DNA of 63,414 nt, filler included, from Cercozoa sp. M6MM (taxonomy: Eukaryota; Protista; Endomyxa: Ascetosporea): the NCBI GenBank assembly GCA_040357565.1. It is 8 parts of 8 records of this genome, joined end to end, with 100 filler letters (N's around TTAATTAATTAA, not from the genome) between each part and the next. Parts side by side here need not be neighbours in the genome. Positions count along the whole stretch, not along the records: positions 59,918 to 61,482 come from JBDODJ010001993.1; positions 61,583 to 63,414 come from JBDODJ010001905.1; 6 more parts are not named here. One strand, given 5' to 3'. A program made the translations under genes and the position numbers. Positions 59,922-63,414 of this stretch are shown one piece after another. Under the pieces are notes generated by a model. That model searched no databases. It had not been told where the DNA came from and was given only the letters and a program-made list of their open reading frames with translations. Every line of letters starts with the position of its first letter. Positions within the stretch are counted from its first letter, which is position 1.

Positions 59922-61450
59922 GGGAGGACGCGGCGCTGCTGTGCGTGGTGGAGCGTTTCGAGGCGCTGCGGCGGCCGCTGCAGTCCGCGCTGACGGTGCA
60001 GGCGACGGTGCCGCACGTGGGTCTCTCCGTGGTGGACGGTCGGCCGCGCGATCTGCTGTAGCCACCACTCTGTCCTACCTGTCCATATGGACTGCCCTGG
60101 TCCCCCATATGGACTGAACTGGACTGGTCCATATGGACTGGACTGGTCCCCTCCCATTGTACTGGATCCCCCCGTGTGTATGTCCGTAGCTACGTCACAC
60201 TGGACGGTCTGCGCGTCGGTGTGACTCAGGCGAGCGACTTGACGACGCTGCAGCTTTCGTTGGACAGGTGCGTTTGCCCCCTGCCCCCCCCCCCCTTCCC
60301 CCCCGGCCCCCCCCCCCTTTACCCCCCTGTCCCCAGGGCGCAGGTGGACTCGCAGCTGCCGGACGCGGTGTTCCCGGTGGTTCTGGGCGCTGCGCCGGTG
60401 CCACGTGCGCAGTGGCAGCCACTCGTGCAGGTCAGTCCAGTGATGATCGATCAGTGCGATCGATCAGTGCGATCAGTGTGATCGATCAGTGTGTGTGTGT
60501 GCGCAGGTCTCGCTGGCGAAACGCAACACGGAAAGCGAAACGTCGTCGGCGCTGCTGTCGTTCCAACTGGTGTCTCTCCTGGTACGTGCGCTTTCTTAAG
60601 GCTGCGGGATCCTTGTTAAGGCTGTGGGGTCTTTGTTAAGGCTGCGGGGTCTTTGTTAAGGCTGCGTTGATGGTGTGTGTGCGTGTGCGTAGGTGCAGCG
60701 CATGGAGGTCAACGTGGAGGAGCGACTGATCTGGGACGTTGTGGCCTTGGCGCAGTCGCTCTTCGCGGCCGCTGGTGACGACGTGGCTGGATGTAGCCAC
60801 TGTTTTACCCCCCTAGCACCGCGAGTCTTTGCCCCCCTTTCCCCCCCCCCCCCCCCAGTGCGCGCACGTGACTGGCAGGCGCTGGTGTGCGACACGCGCG
60901 GCTACGACTACGGCAGTCTCGTGGACACGTTCCTGCACTTCACGCTGCTGCACCTGCATGTACACACTGACTCTCTGAGTGAGTGATCGGCCACGTGGTC
61001 ACTCACGTGTGTGGTCACTCACTCATGTGTGTGATCGATCGTGTGTGTGTGTGTAGCCACTGGCGATCGATGTGTCGTTCCGCGCGCAGCCGCATCATGC
61101 CATGCCGCTACAGGTAGGGTTAAGGGGGTTAGGGGAGGGGAGTAGGGGGGTAAACAGGGGGGCATACATGCAGCTACATGTGTCAGGGCGGCGCGGCGGC
61201 CTCGCTGAATCCGATCGTGACTGTGCTGCGCGCACTGCTTGGTACGCGCATGTTTTCCTGGGGGAGGGGTTATTAAGGGGCAGAGGGGTTATTAAGGGGG
61301 TGCAGGGATTGTTAAGGGGGTAGAAGGGTTATTAAGGGGGGTAGAGGGGGGGTAAAACACGCTTGTTGGTGCCACGCAGGCACGGTGGGCGCCATCGATC
61401 GCGCGCCGCTGCGAATGAACGCTCTCGTCGTGCGCGACGCGTTCGGCCAG
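59922..61450 (+). CDS. VPS13: VPS13-family lipid transfer protein, internal C-terminal fragment
   Basis: VGLSVVDGRPRDLLYVTLDGL, QVDSQLPDAVFPVVL, LLVQRMEVNVEERLI, FLHFTLLHLHPLAIDVSF, IDRAPLRMNALVVRDAF. Confidence 0.85.
60597..60666 (+). repeat. Intronic 20-nt minisatellite (TAAGGCTGCGGGGTCTTTGT) x ~3.5
   Basis: Directly visible tandem units in a VPS13 intron. Confidence 0.85.
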
Positions 61451-61582
61451 GTTTTTACCCCCCTGTTTACCCCCCCCCCCCCNNNNNNNNNNNNNNNNNN
61501 NNNNNNNNNNNNNNNNNNNNNNNNNNTTAATTAATTAANNNNNNNNNNNNNNNNNNNNNNNNNNNNNNNNNNNNNNNNNNNN

Positions 61583-61633
<51 letters not shown>

Positions 61634-61635
61634 AC

Positions 61636-61849
61636 GTACACTGACGCGAGGCAAATGAAGTCGGTTCCAGCGTCTCAATACCGTCATGCAAAATCTAATG
61701 GACACACAGAGAGGATACACATCACGCAACCAAGTGACGCACGCTCACACGCTCGCTTAAGGCTACAGTACCTGCATGGACATGTGCGCACTCACGCTTG
61801 AGAGTGAAGTTCTGTGCGGCCTTGTCCACCTGAACAGGGAGTGTGCATC

Positions 61850-61887
<38 letters not shown>

Positions 61888-62867
61888 GACGTGTACAGTT
61901 TGCCGTCGATGTTGGGTACAGTGAGCAGCGGCCAGATCACCACCGTGTTAAACGCGCAGAGCTACGTATCATAGCCAGCAACACTCTCGCTCTACAGTGT
62001 GGATACACAGAAGCAAGGAAGTACGCCAGTCTGCTCGTTCGGTGGTGGCGGTACACGCAGCGAAGCGCTGCGGGCCGAGGCACCCACCTATCACAACAAA
62101 GCCTCACGTTCAATCTGTCGTCTGGTCCAAGCAGGGATCAGCACTGATACCCTGACTCTTGAATGATGTCTGTTCGCTTCCAGCTCGTTTCCAAAGTCTG
62201 GACAAGCGGACTCGGATACATATTGGTGTGAGATACTTGAAGACATGACAAATGACATACAGTCCTTGCACTGCATCGATGACAGGACGTCGTTCACAGT
62301 GTGATAGCTGCACAAGCACACACATGAACGTGCGCAATTAAGACAAAGAGTATCGATAGGTACCGGATCTCAAAGCCAGAGTGCTGGCCGGAGCTTTCGC
62401 TTGCCGTAAAGTCCCACGTCACTGTGATGCACGGGAATGGAGCAAGCAGGTTCCCACAGAAACAAAAGAAACAGCGAAACGGAAAGGTGGAACACACCGT
62501 CCAGCAGGCCGTCGTTGTAGATGGCATTGAGGTTGGACAAAGTGCCTGCCGTGAAAATGTCGCTCGAGTGATCGCTCGAGTAAGTTCTACACGGCACACG
62601 ACGGGACTGCATGAGAAAACAGGTCGACCCATGTGGCATGTGGCGTGTGCGTACAGAGAGAGCGTGTTGATGTAATTGTTGAACTGGACGCAGTGAGGCA
62701 GTTGACACCACTGTCATGTAAAATTTGACACATAACACATTCACACAGACACAGACACAGACACTCAAACCCAGACAAGTGGTACCGTGGGGGCAACGCC
62801 TGTCAACTGCACGCGAAGCTCCCACGAGTCTATACAAACACGAAATCTCTAGCAGTACTCTAACGTG

Positions 62868-62918
<51 letters not shown>

Positions 62919-63360
62919 CTCGGAACAGAGGCAGATTCTTTGACTCGCTTGAACGAATAGAGTCGCCGATTTTAAACCACAGTCGCGGTGTCATACTGCG
63001 CAGAGATCTCACTGAATACAAGGGGCAGAAAGGTAGTCTACGAGGAGGACTGGTAGCCATCCGAAATGAGCACGTCGCCAGTGGTGTGCACGCCAAGTCT
63101 GCCACTTCGCTGCAAAAGGGCAAAGGAGATTCCGGTACACAGAAAGCAAGATAAAGCAGCGACAATTACAGCGATAAATCCGATGCCAAAGAGATCCGCC
63201 ATCATGTTCTACATGCACACACACACACGCACACACACACACATGGTATAAATCACACGGCCGCACAGGGATGCAGACCGGCCTACCAGGGTAGCAAAGG
63301 GGTTCGGAGCCAGCTGGACCGTAGTCGATGTGGTTGCTCTACGAACAGAACGTTTCATTA
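61636..63360 (-). CDS. Hypothetical multi-exon protein fragment, possibly extracellular with a CUB-like segment
   Basis: GT/AG-bounded minus-strand segments, e.g. SSDIFTAGTLSNLNAIYNDGLLD and VTWDFTASESSGQHSGFEIR (loosely like CUB FxSDxSxxxxGF). Confidence 0.35.
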
Positions 63361-63366
63361 TAGATT

Positions 63367-63414
<48 letters not shown>

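Noticed and set aside
60597-60666. CRISPR-like array (also 22597-22666)
   Set aside because: Head-to-tail units without unique spacers, inside eukaryotic introns; these are minisatellites.

Overview
This is a eukaryotic, intron-dense protist genome window (most introns ~50-70 nt, GT-AG). The genetic code appears standard. It is stitched from at least 8 scaffolds by artificial N-TTAATTAATTAA-N linkers, so gene adjacency across linkers is meaningless. Manually spliced genes include an MFSD1-like transporter, a SHIPPO/ODF3-like PG-repeat protein, a large He_PIG/cadherin-like type I membrane protein, NAD kinase, two NEK kinases, a divergent chitin synthase, a HERP-like protein, histone H2A.Z, a PTEN/tensin-type phosphatase with C2 domain and an SH3-type DOCK GEF (~11.7 kb). 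Partial genes include a TPT/SLC35E transporter, lipin, DNA polymerase delta and VPS13, plus several hypothetical genes. The most notable feature is a 5'-truncated non-LTR retrotransposon (47398-50271, minus strand) with a perfect 17-bp target-site duplication and a (TAAC)n tail. Its last ~180 nt form a multi-helix module that recurs, inverted and about three-quarters identical with compensatory base changes, in a ~250-bp non-coding element on another scaffold (28464-28715). Most wobble pairs favour folding on the strand antisense to the RT ORF, which is the cDNA strand. Exon boundaries, alignments and structures were derived by eye and are approximate.
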